Positions 19,787 through 29,445 of a DNA stretch of 64,000 bases are shown in pieces (position 1 is the first letter of the stretch; each line of letters begins with the position of its first letter). The position numbers and the translations under genes are program-made. The stretch lies in NCBI GenBank assembly GCA_041605955.1, contig JBFIXI010000003.1, forward strand, positions 22,988-86,987. Direction: 5' to 3'. The notes under the pieces were generated by a model. It was not told where the DNA came from, did not search any database, and saw only the letters and a program-made list of their open reading frames with translations. Source of the DNA: Acidimicrobiia bacterium (GTDB taxonomy: Bacteria; Actinomycetota; Acidimicrobiia; Spongiisociales; UBA5794).

Positions 19787-20314
19787 ATGGCTTGGACCTC
19801 CGCCGCAGTCGAGAGCGTGATCGCCCGGGTCGACTTCCTCGCCGAGCGTGGCGCCGGCTTGATGAAACGAGCTGCGGTATTTGCCTGGCTCGGCGCCGCG
19901 GCCACCACCGTGGCGGCCCTGTCGCCGCTGGGCGCCCTTGGCTGGATCGCCGGGCTGATATGCACGATCCCGGGATGGATGTTGTGGCGGTACGGCCGCT
20001 CCCTGGCGGGTGCCTTCGACGTCGCCAAGATACGCGGTCAGGTCTCCAGCCTGGCGGGCTCGGCCAAGGCTCGGCTCACCGACGCAGTAGACGGTCTGCG
20101 CACCACCCGGAAACAACCGATCCTCGGCGGATTTCGGGTGCTGCGCAGCGTCTGGGGCCTCAAAGCCGATCTGGGCAACCTGGGCGTGGATGTGACCGGA
20201 ATCGCCGAGGTGGCGAACCCCGGAGCGATACTGCTGGCGGCTTTGAGCCTGGCGGCCGGGCTGGTGCTGTGGGCAGTGGCGCTGCTGGCGATCATCATTA
20301 GAACGCTGGTATGA
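19787..20314 (+). CDS. Hypothetical membrane protein
   Basis: Three hydrophobic segments; -10 TACGAT 6 nt before ATG. Confidence 0.7.
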   Translation: MAWTSAAVESVIARVDFLAERGAGLMKRAAVFAWLGAAATTVAALSPLGALGWIAGLICTIPGWMLWRYGRSLAGAFDVAKIRGQVSSLAGSAKARLTDAVDGLRTTRKQPILGGFRVLRSVWGLKADLGNLGVDVTGIAEVANPGAILLAALSLAAGLVLWAVALLAIIIRTLV

Positions 20315-20334
20315 CCGCAGCGTATGCTCGGGAC

Positions 20335-20859
20335 ATGAGCCATCTCCCCCCTCTCCAGCAGCCCGACATCGATCCCAGTGCCTTCATCGCGGATACGGCT
20401 CGGGTGTTCGGCAATGTGACCATCGCCACCGAGGCCTCGGTCTGGTTCGGTGCATCGATTCGCGCCGAAGTATCTCCGGTAACGGTGGGAACCGGCACGA
20501 ACATCCAAGACAACGCCGTGATCCACACCGATGCCGGATATCCGGTGGCAATAGGGGCCAATGTGACGATCGGCCACGGCGCCATCGTCCACGGCGCTGC
20601 GGTCGAGGACGGAGCCCTGGTGGGCATGCGTGCCGTGTTGCTCAACGGGGCCCGAGTGGAGGAGGGCGCATTGGTGGCCGCCGGCTCCGTGGTGCCTCCC
20701 GGAGCCATCGTCCCTGCTGGGATGCTGGCCGTTGGTAGCCCGATGCGCGTCATCCGCCCCGTCAACGAGGCGGAGAACGCCAGCACCGCCAACGGACTGC
20801 ACCACTACCGCCATTACGCAGCCGTCTACGCTGCCGTCGCGAAGGGAGAATCCGAATGA
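20335..20859 (+). CDS. Gamma-carbonic anhydrase-like hexapeptide-repeat protein
   Basis: TNIQDNAVIH, TIGHGAIVHG (three Zn His), hexapeptide repeats. Confidence 0.92.
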   Translation: MSHLPPLQQPDIDPSAFIADTARVFGNVTIATEASVWFGASIRAEVSPVTVGTGTNIQDNAVIHTDAGYPVAIGANVTIGHGAIVHGAAVEDGALVGMRAVLLNGARVEEGALVAAGSVVPPGAIVPAGMLAVGSPMRVIRPVNEAENASTANGLHHYRHYAAVYAAVAKGESE

Positions 20860-21092
20860 GCCTCTGGGATCGTCTCGTCGCGATCTTCAAGCGAGAGGCA
20901 GCCGATCTCAAGGAAGGCCTGACGCGTGCGGGGGACACCCTCAGCGAGGAGTTGGACCGCAAGCAGCGCGAGCTCGACGCCGAGCCCCACGAGCGTGTCG
21001 ACATGATCCTCGACGAGATCGATGCCGAGGACCAGCGGTTCGACGAGCTAGAGCAGCGGGTACGCGACCACACGGCCGACGAGGACAGCTGA
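20856..21092 (+). CDS. Small acidic hypothetical protein
   Basis: ATGA overlap with upstream gene, GGAG RBS, helical pattern. Confidence 0.7.
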   Translation: MSLWDRLVAIFKREAADLKEGLTRAGDTLSEELDRKQRELDAEPHERVDMILDEIDAEDQRFDELEQRVRDHTADEDS

Positions 21093-21117
21093 TCGCCTCA
21101 ACGGCGGGCGCCGCCGG

Positions 21118-22590
21118 CTACTCGCACGACTGGAACTCGTCGTTGCCGGGACCGCCGTAGCAAACGTCCTGTCCGGCCCCGGCAAGCAAGACGTCGCTTC
21201 CGGCCCCGCCTATCAGGACGTCGTCGCCCTTGGCGCCGGCGATGTAGTCCGCTCCCCCCTCGCCGTACAGGCGGTCGGCTCCCTTGTCTCCCAGGATGAA
21301 GTCGTCGCCGTACCCGCCGTTGATCATGTCGTGACCATCGTTGCCCATGAGCTTGTCCTTGCCGATGCCACCGTAGATGCGGTCGCGGCCCGGACCGCCG
21401 CACAGGTAATCCCCCTTCTCCTTGCCGATGAGTAAGTCGTTGCCGCCGAGTCCCACAATGACGTCCACCCCGTCGGTGCCGACCAATACATCGTCGCCGT
21501 CCGTGCCGACGATCGTCGCCGCTCTCCCCCCACAGGTTGGGCCTCCGGGTGGGGGCGGCGGCGGGGGCGGCGGCGGAACCGCTCCGTCGTAATCCAGACC
21601 CACCTGCCACACCGGGGCCCCCACCCTCTCGGTAACGGTTATGTAGGCGCCGCCGTCGGGCAAGATGGCGATGGCCTCTCCCGGAGTCTTCGGAGCAATG
21701 CAGGCGCTCACCGGGTGGGCGGCCAAGGCGGCGAAGACCGACCCGGCGGGATCGCGCAACCAGGCCCAGGTCTCGGCGCCGTTCTTGGCGATGACCACCT
21801 TGCCGTCCAGCGAGATGTCGGCGCCGGTGATCGGTGAGTACCTGTTTTCGTAACGCTGCTTGACCGCAGTCCGGGGCCGGGCGGTGATGGTCCTGCCCTC
21901 GACGAGGTCTTCCTGGTCGATCTTGTAGACCCAACCCATGTCCGGTTCGCCATCGATGGTCTGCACTTGCTTCTCGAAGATGACGAGGTCATCGGTTATC
22001 GGGTCGACGATGAGTCCCTCGGCGTTGCGCCGCCAATGGGTTCCGGGTTGGTTGGGATTCTCGTAGGCATAGACGAATGTCTCGATCTGGCCATCGGGAA
22101 TCGTGATCGTGTTCCCGGCCCCCGGAGGGGTGGGCTCGGCGATCCGGTAGATGCGGACGGTGGCTCGACCGTGCCCGTTGTTGCCTATGTCGGCAATGTA
22201 GAGATAGTCGAGATTGGCGTTGGGGCCCGGGCCGATGGCGATGTCTTCGAAGTCGCTGGCGGGCCGGTTCCCGAGCACCACGGTTCCCCGATCGGCGCCG
22301 GCTTGGGTCATGGCGAAGATGCGGGCGCTGTCCCCGCTGTCGTTGTGGAGCCAGAAGCGATTGTTGTGTTGGCGCGAGGCGACCAAGCCCGACGCCTCGT
22401 TGATCGCGTTGCGCTGCAGGTTGCCGATGATGGCGGCATTGGGGAATTCAGGGCAGCTTTGGGCGGCTGCCTGGCTCGGCGCGGCGCTCCCTACCGCTAC
22501 CAGTGAGGTCAGCAGTGCGAATGCGAGCGCGCCGGCACGAATCCGGGTTTGGCGTCTAGTAACGATGAAAGGTCGGTGTGGAGCGTTCAA
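21118..22590 (-). CDS. Secreted protein: propeller-like domain, poly-Pro linker, hemolysin-type Ca-binding repeats
   Basis: Signal peptide; EASGL..S, HNDSGD, DFEDIA, ADIGNN motifs; many GGxGxD repeats. Confidence 0.8.
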   Translation of the reverse strand: MNAPHRPFIVTRRQTRIRAGALAFALLTSLVAVGSAAPSQAAAQSCPEFPNAAIIGNLQRNAINEASGLVASRQHNNRFWLHNDSGDSARIFAMTQAGADRGTVVLGNRPASDFEDIAIGPGPNANLDYLYIADIGNNGHGRATVRIYRIAEPTPPGAGNTITIPDGQIETFVYAYENPNQPGTHWRRNAEGLIVDPITDDLVIFEKQVQTIDGEPDMGWVYKIDQEDLVEGRTITARPRTAVKQRYENRYSPITGADISLDGKVVIAKNGAETWAWLRDPAGSVFAALAAHPVSACIAPKTPGEAIAILPDGGAYITVTERVGAPVWQVGLDYDGAVPPPPPPPPPPGGPTCGGRAATIVGTDGDDVLVGTDGVDVIVGLGGNDLLIGKEKGDYLCGGPGRDRIYGGIGKDKLMGNDGHDMINGGYGDDFILGDKGADRLYGEGGADYIAGAKGDDVLIGGAGSDVLLAGAGQDVCYGGPGNDEFQSCE

Positions 22591-22759
22591 TCGGGTTTTC
22601 CTCCGGGATTGAACGCCGCCCTACCTCTGCTTGCCCAAAGCGGCTACGCAATGTAGCGGCTGACACCCATGGCGCAAAATCGGTCAATCGGCGCTCGTCG
22701 GATCGGGCACCTGCCACGGTGTAACCTTCGGAGCGCTACCTACGGAGACACTGCAGCCA

Positions 22760-25456
22760 GTGATCGGCGACGACTTCACCCACCAGCTTCCGGACACTCA
22801 CCCAGACGAGACGGTGGAGTGGCTCGAGTCGCTGGACAACGTCATCGACGTCGACGGAGTGCCCCGCGCCCGCTATCTGATCGCCAAGCTCCTGCAGCAC
22901 GCCAACGATCGCAACGTCGGAGTGCCGCAGACGGTCAGCACGCCCTACATCAACACCATCCCCCCCGACTTCGAGGTGCCCTTCCCCGGCAATATCCCAC
23001 TCGAGCAGCGGCTGCGCCGCATCATCCAGTGGAATGCCGCTGTGATGGTCACGAGGGCGAACAAGGCGGTAGATGGCATCGGGGGCCACCTCTCCACGTT
23101 CGCTTCCTCCGCCATGCTCTACGACGTGGGCTTCAACCACTTCTTTCGGGGCCACAACGACGGCCCCGGCGACCACGTCTACATCCAAGGCCATGCGTCT
23201 CCCGGCATCTACTCCCGGGCCTACGTGGCCGGACGTCTCGGTGAGGAGGATCTCGATCGATTCCGCCGTGAAATCGGTGGTGGTCTGTCGAGCTATCCCC
23301 ATCCGCGACTGATGCCCGACTTCTGGGAGTACCCCACTGTTTCGATGGGGCTCGGTCCGATCAACTCCATATATCAGGCGCGCTTTCTCCGCTACATGCA
23401 GCACCGCGGCATCGAGGACACGTCACGGTCTCGAGTGTGGTGCTTCATCGGCGACGGGGAGACCGATGAGCCGGAGACCCTGGGTTCGATCTCGCTGGGC
23501 GGCCGGGAAAAGCTCGACAACCTCACGTGGGTCATCAACTGCAATTTGCAGCGCCTCGACGGCCCGGTGCGCGGCAATGGGAAGATCATCCAGGAGCTCG
23601 AGGCGATGTTCCGCGGCGCCGGCTGGAACGTGATCAAGGTCATCTGGGGATCGAACTGGGATCCGCTGCTCGCCAAGGACGGCGGTGGCTTCCTGGTGCG
23701 ACGCATGAACGAGTCGATCGACGGGGAATACCAGCGCTACAAGGCGCGCGACGGAGCCTTCGTCAAACAGCACTTCTTCGGTCCCGGCCCGGAGTTGCAG
23801 GCTCTTGTCGCCGACATGACCGACGAGGAGGTGTGGGCGCTGCGGCGAGGGGGCCACGACTACCAGAAGCTCTACACGGCCTACAAGACCGCCACCGAGC
23901 TCACCAACGGACCGACGGTGATCCTCGCCAAGACCATCAAGGGCTTCATGCTCGGTGAGGGCGTTCAGGGCGGCAATACCACCCACCAGATAAAGAGCCT
24001 GACCCCGGAGCAGCTGATCGTGTTGCGCGATCGGTTGGAGCTGACGAGCGACATCCCCGACGAGGCGATCCTCGCCGACCGGGATCATCCGCCTTACTTC
24101 CGTCCCGACCGGGACGCACCCGAGGTCCGCTACATGCTGGAGCGGCGCGAGGAACTCGGCGGGCCGTTGCCGCAGCGCAAGATCGAGATCACTTCTCCGC
24201 TGACGTTGCCACCCCACGAGCCGTTTGCCGAGTTCGAGGCGGGATCCGGCTCGATCGAGGTGTCGACGACCGGTGTGTTCACGCGGATGTTGCGCAGCCT
24301 GGCCCGCGCCACCGGATTTGGCCCCCGGGTGGTGCCCATCATTCCCGACGAGGGACGCACCTTCGGGATGGACGCCCTCTTCAAGGAGCTCGAGATCTAC
24401 GCGTCGCAGGGTCAGCTCTACGAGCCGGTAGACGCCCACCTGCTGCTGTCTTACAAGGAGTCACAGGCCGGCCAGATTCTGGAGGAGGGCATCACCGAGG
24501 CCGGCGCGATGGCGAGCTGGATAGCCGCGGCTACCGCCTATGCAACCCGCGGCGTGCCCATGGTGCCCTTCTACACGTTCTACTCGATGTTCGGCTTCCA
24601 GCGGGTGGGTGACCTGATCTGGTCCGCAGCTGATTCGCGAGCCAGGGGTTTCCTGCTGGGAGCCACCGCCGGCCGCACCACCTTGCTGGGAGAGGGCCTT
24701 CAACATCAGGACGGCCACTCGCTACTAGTGGCGTCGACGGTGCCGGTCTGTCAGGCGTACGACCCGGCCTTCGCTTACGAGCTCGGGGTCATCGTCGAGG
24801 ACGGATTACACCGCATGTACGGCAACGGCGAGGACATCTTCTACTACGTCACGCTCTACAACGAGGCGTATCAACATCCGCCGCAGCCGGAAGGAAGCCG
24901 CGACGGCATCGTCCGCGGGCTCTACAAGTGGGGTGACGCTCCCGCTGAACATGATCACAAGGTGGCCATCCTCTTCTCCGGCTCCTCGCAGGGTGCGGCC
25001 CGGGCGGCCCAAAACGCGCTTGCCGAGCACTACCGGGTGGGTGCCGAGCTGTGGAGCGCAACGTCGTACAAGTGCCTGCGCGAGGAAGCGATGGAGGTGG
25101 AGCGCTGGAACCGGCTCCATCCCGACCTCGAGCCGCGCGTACCGTATGTCACGACACAACTCCAGAACGTCGGCGGCCCGGTGGTTGCAGTCACCGACTA
25201 CATGAAGGCGGTTCCCGATCAGGTTGCCCGCTGGGTGCCGGGTACGTTCTCCCCCCTGGGTACCGACGGCTTCGGCCGCAGCGACAGCCGCGAAGCGCTC
25301 CGCCGCTTCTTCGAGATCGACGAAGGCCACGTCGTTGCCACCGCACTCGCCGCCCTGGTCCGGGAGGAGAAGCTGGAGCCCAAGGCGGTGCTCGACGCGA
25401 TCGAGCGGTACGAGATCGACCCGGATTCAGTTCCTCCGGAACAGAACCACCTCTAG
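22760..25456 (+). CDS. aceE: Pyruvate dehydrogenase E1, homodimeric type
   Basis: GGHLST, QGHASPG, TVSMGLG, TPP motif GDGE..E, LEEGITEAG, YSMFGFQR, LGTDGFGRSD. Confidence 0.97.
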   Translation: MIGDDFTHQLPDTHPDETVEWLESLDNVIDVDGVPRARYLIAKLLQHANDRNVGVPQTVSTPYINTIPPDFEVPFPGNIPLEQRLRRIIQWNAAVMVTRANKAVDGIGGHLSTFASSAMLYDVGFNHFFRGHNDGPGDHVYIQGHASPGIYSRAYVAGRLGEEDLDRFRREIGGGLSSYPHPRLMPDFWEYPTVSMGLGPINSIYQARFLRYMQHRGIEDTSRSRVWCFIGDGETDEPETLGSISLGGREKLDNLTWVINCNLQRLDGPVRGNGKIIQELEAMFRGAGWNVIKVIWGSNWDPLLAKDGGGFLVRRMNESIDGEYQRYKARDGAFVKQHFFGPGPELQALVADMTDEEVWALRRGGHDYQKLYTAYKTATELTNGPTVILAKTIKGFMLGEGVQGGNTTHQIKSLTPEQLIVLRDRLELTSDIPDEAILADRDHPPYFRPDRDAPEVRYMLERREELGGPLPQRKIEITSPLTLPPHEPFAEFEAGSGSIEVSTTGVFTRMLRSLARATGFGPRVVPIIPDEGRTFGMDALFKELEIYASQGQLYEPVDAHLLLSYKESQAGQILEEGITEAGAMASWIAAATAYATRGVPMVPFYTFYSMFGFQRVGDLIWSAADSRARGFLLGATAGRTTLLGEGLQHQDGHSLLVASTVPVCQAYDPAFAYELGVIVEDGLHRMYGNGEDIFYYVTLYNEAYQHPPQPEGSRDGIVRGLYKWGDAPAEHDHKVAILFSGSSQGAARAAQNALAEHYRVGAELWSATSYKCLREEAMEVERWNRLHPDLEPRVPYVTTQLQNVGGPVVAVTDYMKAVPDQVARWVPGTFSPLGTDGFGRSDSREALRRFFEIDEGHVVATALAALVREEKLEPKAVLDAIERYEIDPDSVPPEQNHL

Positions 25457-25508
25457 CCGAGGCGGTGGATCGAGCGTCCAGGGCTTACCGCGGCGAGCGT
25501 TCGCTCAC

Positions 25509-25967
25509 CTAGACGAGGGTCCAGGCCGTCTGCACGACCGCGCCGTCCTCGAGTTCCAGTTTGAGCCTGATCGGGCCGAGCGGTACGTCGTCGAATGAGA
25601 AGCGCCCCAGGGAGTCCGCCTCGGTTGTCTTCGAGTCGTCCCCGTAGCAGAGCTCGACCCTACCGGGGCGGGCCGGTACCACTTGTCCGACCAAACGCCG
25701 CGCTCCATCCGAGATGATGGCCACTTCGATCTCGAAACCGGGTGCCTGGAAGGTGACCTGGCGGGTGCCGTCGACTCCACGTACTCCCACCAGCCCCGCC
25801 TCGGCGGAATCGAACACCAGCTCGGCAAGCTCGGTGTCGATCGTCCGCCAAGTAAAGGATGCCTTGGCGGCTTCGATGAACCGTTCGGGAATCGGATCGA
25901 CGGCGTCCAGCGCCGCCGCCAGCTCCGCCAACAAACGGTCGTCGGGTTCGTGTGTGGTCGGGTTCAT
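25509..25967 (-). CDS. Soluble protein with N-terminal helix and C-terminal beta-sandwich; putative anti-sigma
   Basis: 4-nt overlap with sigma stop; no TM; ADSLGRFSFDDVPLGP resembles carboxypeptidase-regulatory-like beta-sandwiches. Confidence 0.7.
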   Translation of the reverse strand: MNPTTHEPDDRLLAELAAALDAVDPIPERFIEAAKASFTWRTIDTELAELVFDSAEAGLVGVRGVDGTRQVTFQAPGFEIEVAIISDGARRLVGQVVPARPGRVELCYGDDSKTTEADSLGRFSFDDVPLGPIRLKLELEDGAVVQTAWTLV

Positions 25968-26605
25968 GGCGTGCTCTCTCTTCCTCGGTCTGCCTCCCCA
26001 ACTCCGGCTTGGAGCGACTCCAAAGCCCGGCGCAGCTTCTCAAGGCATCTGGCCCTCGTCGGACCGATACTTCCAATCGGTCGATCTAACAGGTCGGCGA
26101 TGGTCTCGTAATCCATCGGGGGATCGGCGGTGACGGCCCGCAATAGCTGCTGGCAATCATCGCCGAGCGTGGCGAATGCCTCCGCCACTTCAGCATCTCT
26201 CTCCGTGGCCAGCAGGGCGGCATCCACCGGAGGGTCGGCATCGACGAGCTGGAACTCCACGGCCGTCGGCACGGTGCGTTCGTAGATCCGCTTGATGCGG
26301 ATCGCCTCGTTGCGAGCGGTGGTAGCAAGCCATGAGGCCAGCCGTTCCGGATCGCGAATCCGCTCCAGGTGTTCTACCAGGCGCAGCCATACGGTCTGGC
26401 TTACATCGCCGGCGGTCGCCTCGTCGAAACGAAAGCCCCGGATGATCGACCAGACCAGCCGGGCATAGCGGTCGACCAACGTGTCCCAGGCATCGCTGCT
26501 CCCCGCCCTGGCAGCAGCCACCAAATCCCCTGTTGTGCCCTCCCTCATGGCCGCCAACCATACCGGGCCATCCACCGTCGTCGGGCGCACCGCCGCGTCG
26601 TTCAT
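25964..26605 (-). CDS. ECF-type RNA polymerase sigma factor (CHAT/S8-associated)
   Basis: AWDTLVDRY, DVSQTVWLRL, LASWLATTARNEA; region 4 YETIADLLDRPIGSIGPTRARCL; AAAGGTG RBS. Confidence 0.93.
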   Translation of the reverse strand: MNDAAVRPTTVDGPVWLAAMREGTTGDLVAAARAGSSDAWDTLVDRYARLVWSIIRGFRFDEATAGDVSQTVWLRLVEHLERIRDPERLASWLATTARNEAIRIKRIYERTVPTAVEFQLVDADPPVDAALLATERDAEVAEAFATLGDDCQQLLRAVTADPPMDYETIADLLDRPIGSIGPTRARCLEKLRRALESLQAGVGEADRGRESTP

Positions 26606-26628
26606 CGCCCACCTTTCATACAGCAATG

Positions 26629-26658
26629 AGAGCCGCTCCCTGCGCCGCTGATACATGA
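26629..26658 (-). promoter_or_regulatory. Putative autoregulatory ECF promoter
   Basis: TCATGTATC-N17-CTCT; same layout at 30804-30833 and partly at 29387-29415. Confidence 0.55.
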
Positions 26659-26676
26659 AACGAGCCAACCCCGGCG

Positions 26677-29283
26677 TCAGGCCCCAAAGGTTACGAAGGC
26701 TCTGCAGGCGACGGCTTCCGGATCGTCGTAGTCCAGCGCAGGAAATGCGCCCGCTAACGCAGCCGGGACCGAGTCTCCGATGCGGAGTCGCTCGTGCACG
26801 CCGACCATGAGATCGATGGTGGTCAGCTGGTCGGGAACCAGCCCGACGTTGGCAACAACCGAGCGAGTGCCCTGCCCGAGCAGGGACGTGGCCAGACCCA
26901 TGACCTCGTGACCCCCGGTGGTGCTGTTGGCCCCGGCGTCGCATGCAGAAAACACCATTACTCCCGGAGCCATCTGGAGCGCTTCCAGGTCGTACACGGT
27001 TAGCGGGCCGTCGCTCATCTCCAACGAAGAGAACAGTGGGTTGTCGGCCCGGAAGCTGCCGTGGCAGGCGACGTGGGCGATCACCGCACCGTCGATGGCC
27101 CGGGCGGCGGCATCGGCGCTGGGCTCGACCAGCTCGACCGAGCGGGCGTACACCGCAGCCACCCGCCGCACCTCCTCAATCGAATGGTCGAGGCGGGGAC
27201 CGGCGATCACGCTGGCGGCAGAGTCGCGTCCGGCGGAGAAGGGTTCTCGGGCCCGGCGCGCCCACAGCGCGGCCGAAGGAGACACCACCACGCGAGCCTG
27301 AGCCAGCGACGGCAAGAGCGACCACGGCAGCGCGTACAGCGGGCCGACCGGCACCACCACCAAGTGCTGGCTGCGCAACCGAAGTGGAGCAATCAGCATC
27401 TCGTCGAGGCGGGCGGTGGCGGCGGCAACCACCATTAGGGCCGCCGCCTGCGACTCGGCGGAGCCGGCGCCGGCGGCGATACGCCGCAGGGCCGCCGTCA
27501 CGGAGTCCAACTCGTGACGGACGGCGGCGATGGGTCCCAGCGTGAACTTGTGAGCTCGACCGCCGCTGAGCCGCACCGCCACCAGCTCGTGTCCTTCCAC
27601 CTCACCGAACTCGATCAGGGCGGCGTCACCGAGCAGATCGAGAATCTCGCCCGCCGACGACACCCCGATGCGGCCGGCCGTGGAGCCCGGGGCCCGCAAC
27701 GCCACATCGCGTACCTTCTCTTGCAGCCGCCATCGGCGCGTCGACAATGCGTGGGTAGGGGCGCCATTGAGCGTCGCCCGACGCAGTTCTGCGTCGGCCT
27801 CGCGAAACTGCATCAGATGAGAGGCCAAGGCCTCGTCGCCGGTGGGGCCCTGCGGCTGGCTGCGCATCGCTCCGGCCCGGGTCAGCTCCATCCAGTAGAA
27901 GAGCCGGCGCGCCGAGCCGGACTCGCCGGCCAGGCGGAGGCCGATCTTGGCAAGCTCGGTTCCGTAGCCGGACACATGAAGGCGCGCCATCGTGCCTCCC
28001 AGCGTCGCCTGGTAATGGTCCAGCACTCGCAGCCCAGCTCGGGCGGCTGCCGCCGCCCCCTTCTTGTCTTCCTCATGGAGCCGCAGCCGCGCAACGGCCA
28101 CCCAACCCTGGGCTCGCAGCTCTACCGGGCCGGCTTGGCGCCCCATCGCCGCCTCCTCGAGATACGTGCGACACGCCTCGAAGTCGCCGGCTTCGGTGGC
28201 GATGGTTGCCGCCAGCAGGCGGGCATGGAACGCTTCTGTCTGCAAGCCGGATCGATCCAATGCTTCGACCACACGCCTGATGGCGGGCAGATCAGCCCGC
28301 TCGAGCTCCCCGACCGCGGCCCGCGCTCGCATCTCGAGGTAGTCCGCAAACGCCTCCCATCCGAAGCGGCCCTGCTCAGCCATGAGCCTGCGGGCGGCGC
28401 GGGCGGTCTCCGCCGCGGTCGCTGCATCGTTGGCGAGGAGCGACGCCTGCGCCGCCTGCAGCAGGGCATCGGCGTAGCTGGCCTGCAGGCCTTTGGCCCG
28501 CAGCTCATGGGCAGCCTTGAGCGCCACCTGCTTGGCGTCCGCCGCCATGTGCGCCGCCAGCAATGCCTCCGCCCGGTCACACCACAGCTGTCCCAGTGAC
28601 ATGCCCAACTCGGCGAACGCCGCTTCGGCCTCATCGAGGTAGTTCAGCGCTGCCGGGAAGTCGCCGCCGCGCAGCGCCAGCCATCCGAGGTTCTGATCGG
28701 CGTGCGCCATCGCAGTCCGATGCGCCAGCGATCCGTAGCCTGACTTGGCCGCTTGCAGGTCGGAGCGAGCGGCCCCGACGTCTCCCTCATACGCGTTGAG
28801 CAGTCCCCGGTTCGTCATGGCATGCGCCCACCACATCACCTCGCCGGCGGCGTCGAGCGCAGTGATGGCCTCATCGAGATCGGCCCGAGCCAAGGCGAAG
28901 TTCCCCAACCGATAATGAATACCGCCCCGTTGCGCTTGGGCCATTGCCCGCTTGGCCCCGGTCAGCGAGTCAAAGGCGACATCGATTGCTTCGAGCGAGG
29001 CGGCTTGCTCTCCACTCCACGCCAGGATGCCCGCCAGAGTCATCTGCGTCTCCCCGATCACCTCGACCTCAGCGGATTGCACAGCGGCCTCGAGCGCCGC
29101 TTCGAGGTCGGCGCGGGCCGCGCGCAGATTGCCGAGATTCGCTTGCGCCAGGCCGGTGACCCGCATGGCTCGCGCCCGGTCGGCCGTCGCAAGCTCGCCC
29201 GTCAGTATCGACTCCGCCCGCTCCACGGCGGCGACAGGCTCCGAGCTGGCCAGTGCCAGCAACTCGTCGAATACCTCTTCCAT
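26677..29283 (-). CDS. TPR-CHAT (caspase-HetF-associated) protease
   Basis: Long TPR-like helical N-terminus; CHAT motifs LVVVPVGPLYALPWSLL, catalytic His HVACHG, catalytic Cys FSACD, AFVTFG end. Confidence 0.92.
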   Translation of the reverse strand: MEEVFDELLALASSEPVAAVERAESILTGELATADRARAMRVTGLAQANLGNLRAARADLEAALEAAVQSAEVEVIGETQMTLAGILAWSGEQAASLEAIDVAFDSLTGAKRAMAQAQRGGIHYRLGNFALARADLDEAITALDAAGEVMWWAHAMTNRGLLNAYEGDVGAARSDLQAAKSGYGSLAHRTAMAHADQNLGWLALRGGDFPAALNYLDEAEAAFAELGMSLGQLWCDRAEALLAAHMAADAKQVALKAAHELRAKGLQASYADALLQAAQASLLANDAATAAETARAARRLMAEQGRFGWEAFADYLEMRARAAVGELERADLPAIRRVVEALDRSGLQTEAFHARLLAATIATEAGDFEACRTYLEEAAMGRQAGPVELRAQGWVAVARLRLHEEDKKGAAAAARAGLRVLDHYQATLGGTMARLHVSGYGTELAKIGLRLAGESGSARRLFYWMELTRAGAMRSQPQGPTGDEALASHLMQFREADAELRRATLNGAPTHALSTRRWRLQEKVRDVALRAPGSTAGRIGVSSAGEILDLLGDAALIEFGEVEGHELVAVRLSGGRAHKFTLGPIAAVRHELDSVTAALRRIAAGAGSAESQAAALMVVAAATARLDEMLIAPLRLRSQHLVVVPVGPLYALPWSLLPSLAQARVVVSPSAALWARRAREPFSAGRDSAASVIAGPRLDHSIEEVRRVAAVYARSVELVEPSADAAARAIDGAVIAHVACHGSFRADNPLFSSLEMSDGPLTVYDLEALQMAPGVMVFSACDAGANSTTGGHEVMGLATSLLGQGTRSVVANVGLVPDQLTTIDLMVGVHERLRIGDSVPAALAGAFPALDYDDPEAVACRAFVTFGA

Positions 29284-29386
29284 ACACTCGCCCCTGCGTG
29301 AGCCGCCTCCGATTCTCACAGACCGTGGAGCCCACCGTCGACAGCCGAAGCCGCCTTCCGGCTAGTTTGATGAGGCCCGGGAAGCG

Positions 29387-29415
29387 TCACGTATCTTGGA
29401 ACCCGGCCTCGCATC
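29387..29415 (+). promoter_or_regulatory. Putative ECF promoter upstream of S8 peptidase
   Basis: TCACGTATC then N17-ATC; -10 is a weaker match. Confidence 0.4.
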
Positions 29416-29445
29416 GGGTACCCAAGAAGCCGAGGAGGGGAACCG

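Noticed and set aside
21545-21580. G-rich tract as a regulatory G-quadruplex or phase-variation site
   Set aside because: Explained as the antisense of poly-proline linker codons
26677-29283. TPR-CHAT as part of a type III-E CRISPR (Craspase) locus
   Set aside because: No Cas7-11, other cas gene or array nearby; only the protease-sigma logic is similar
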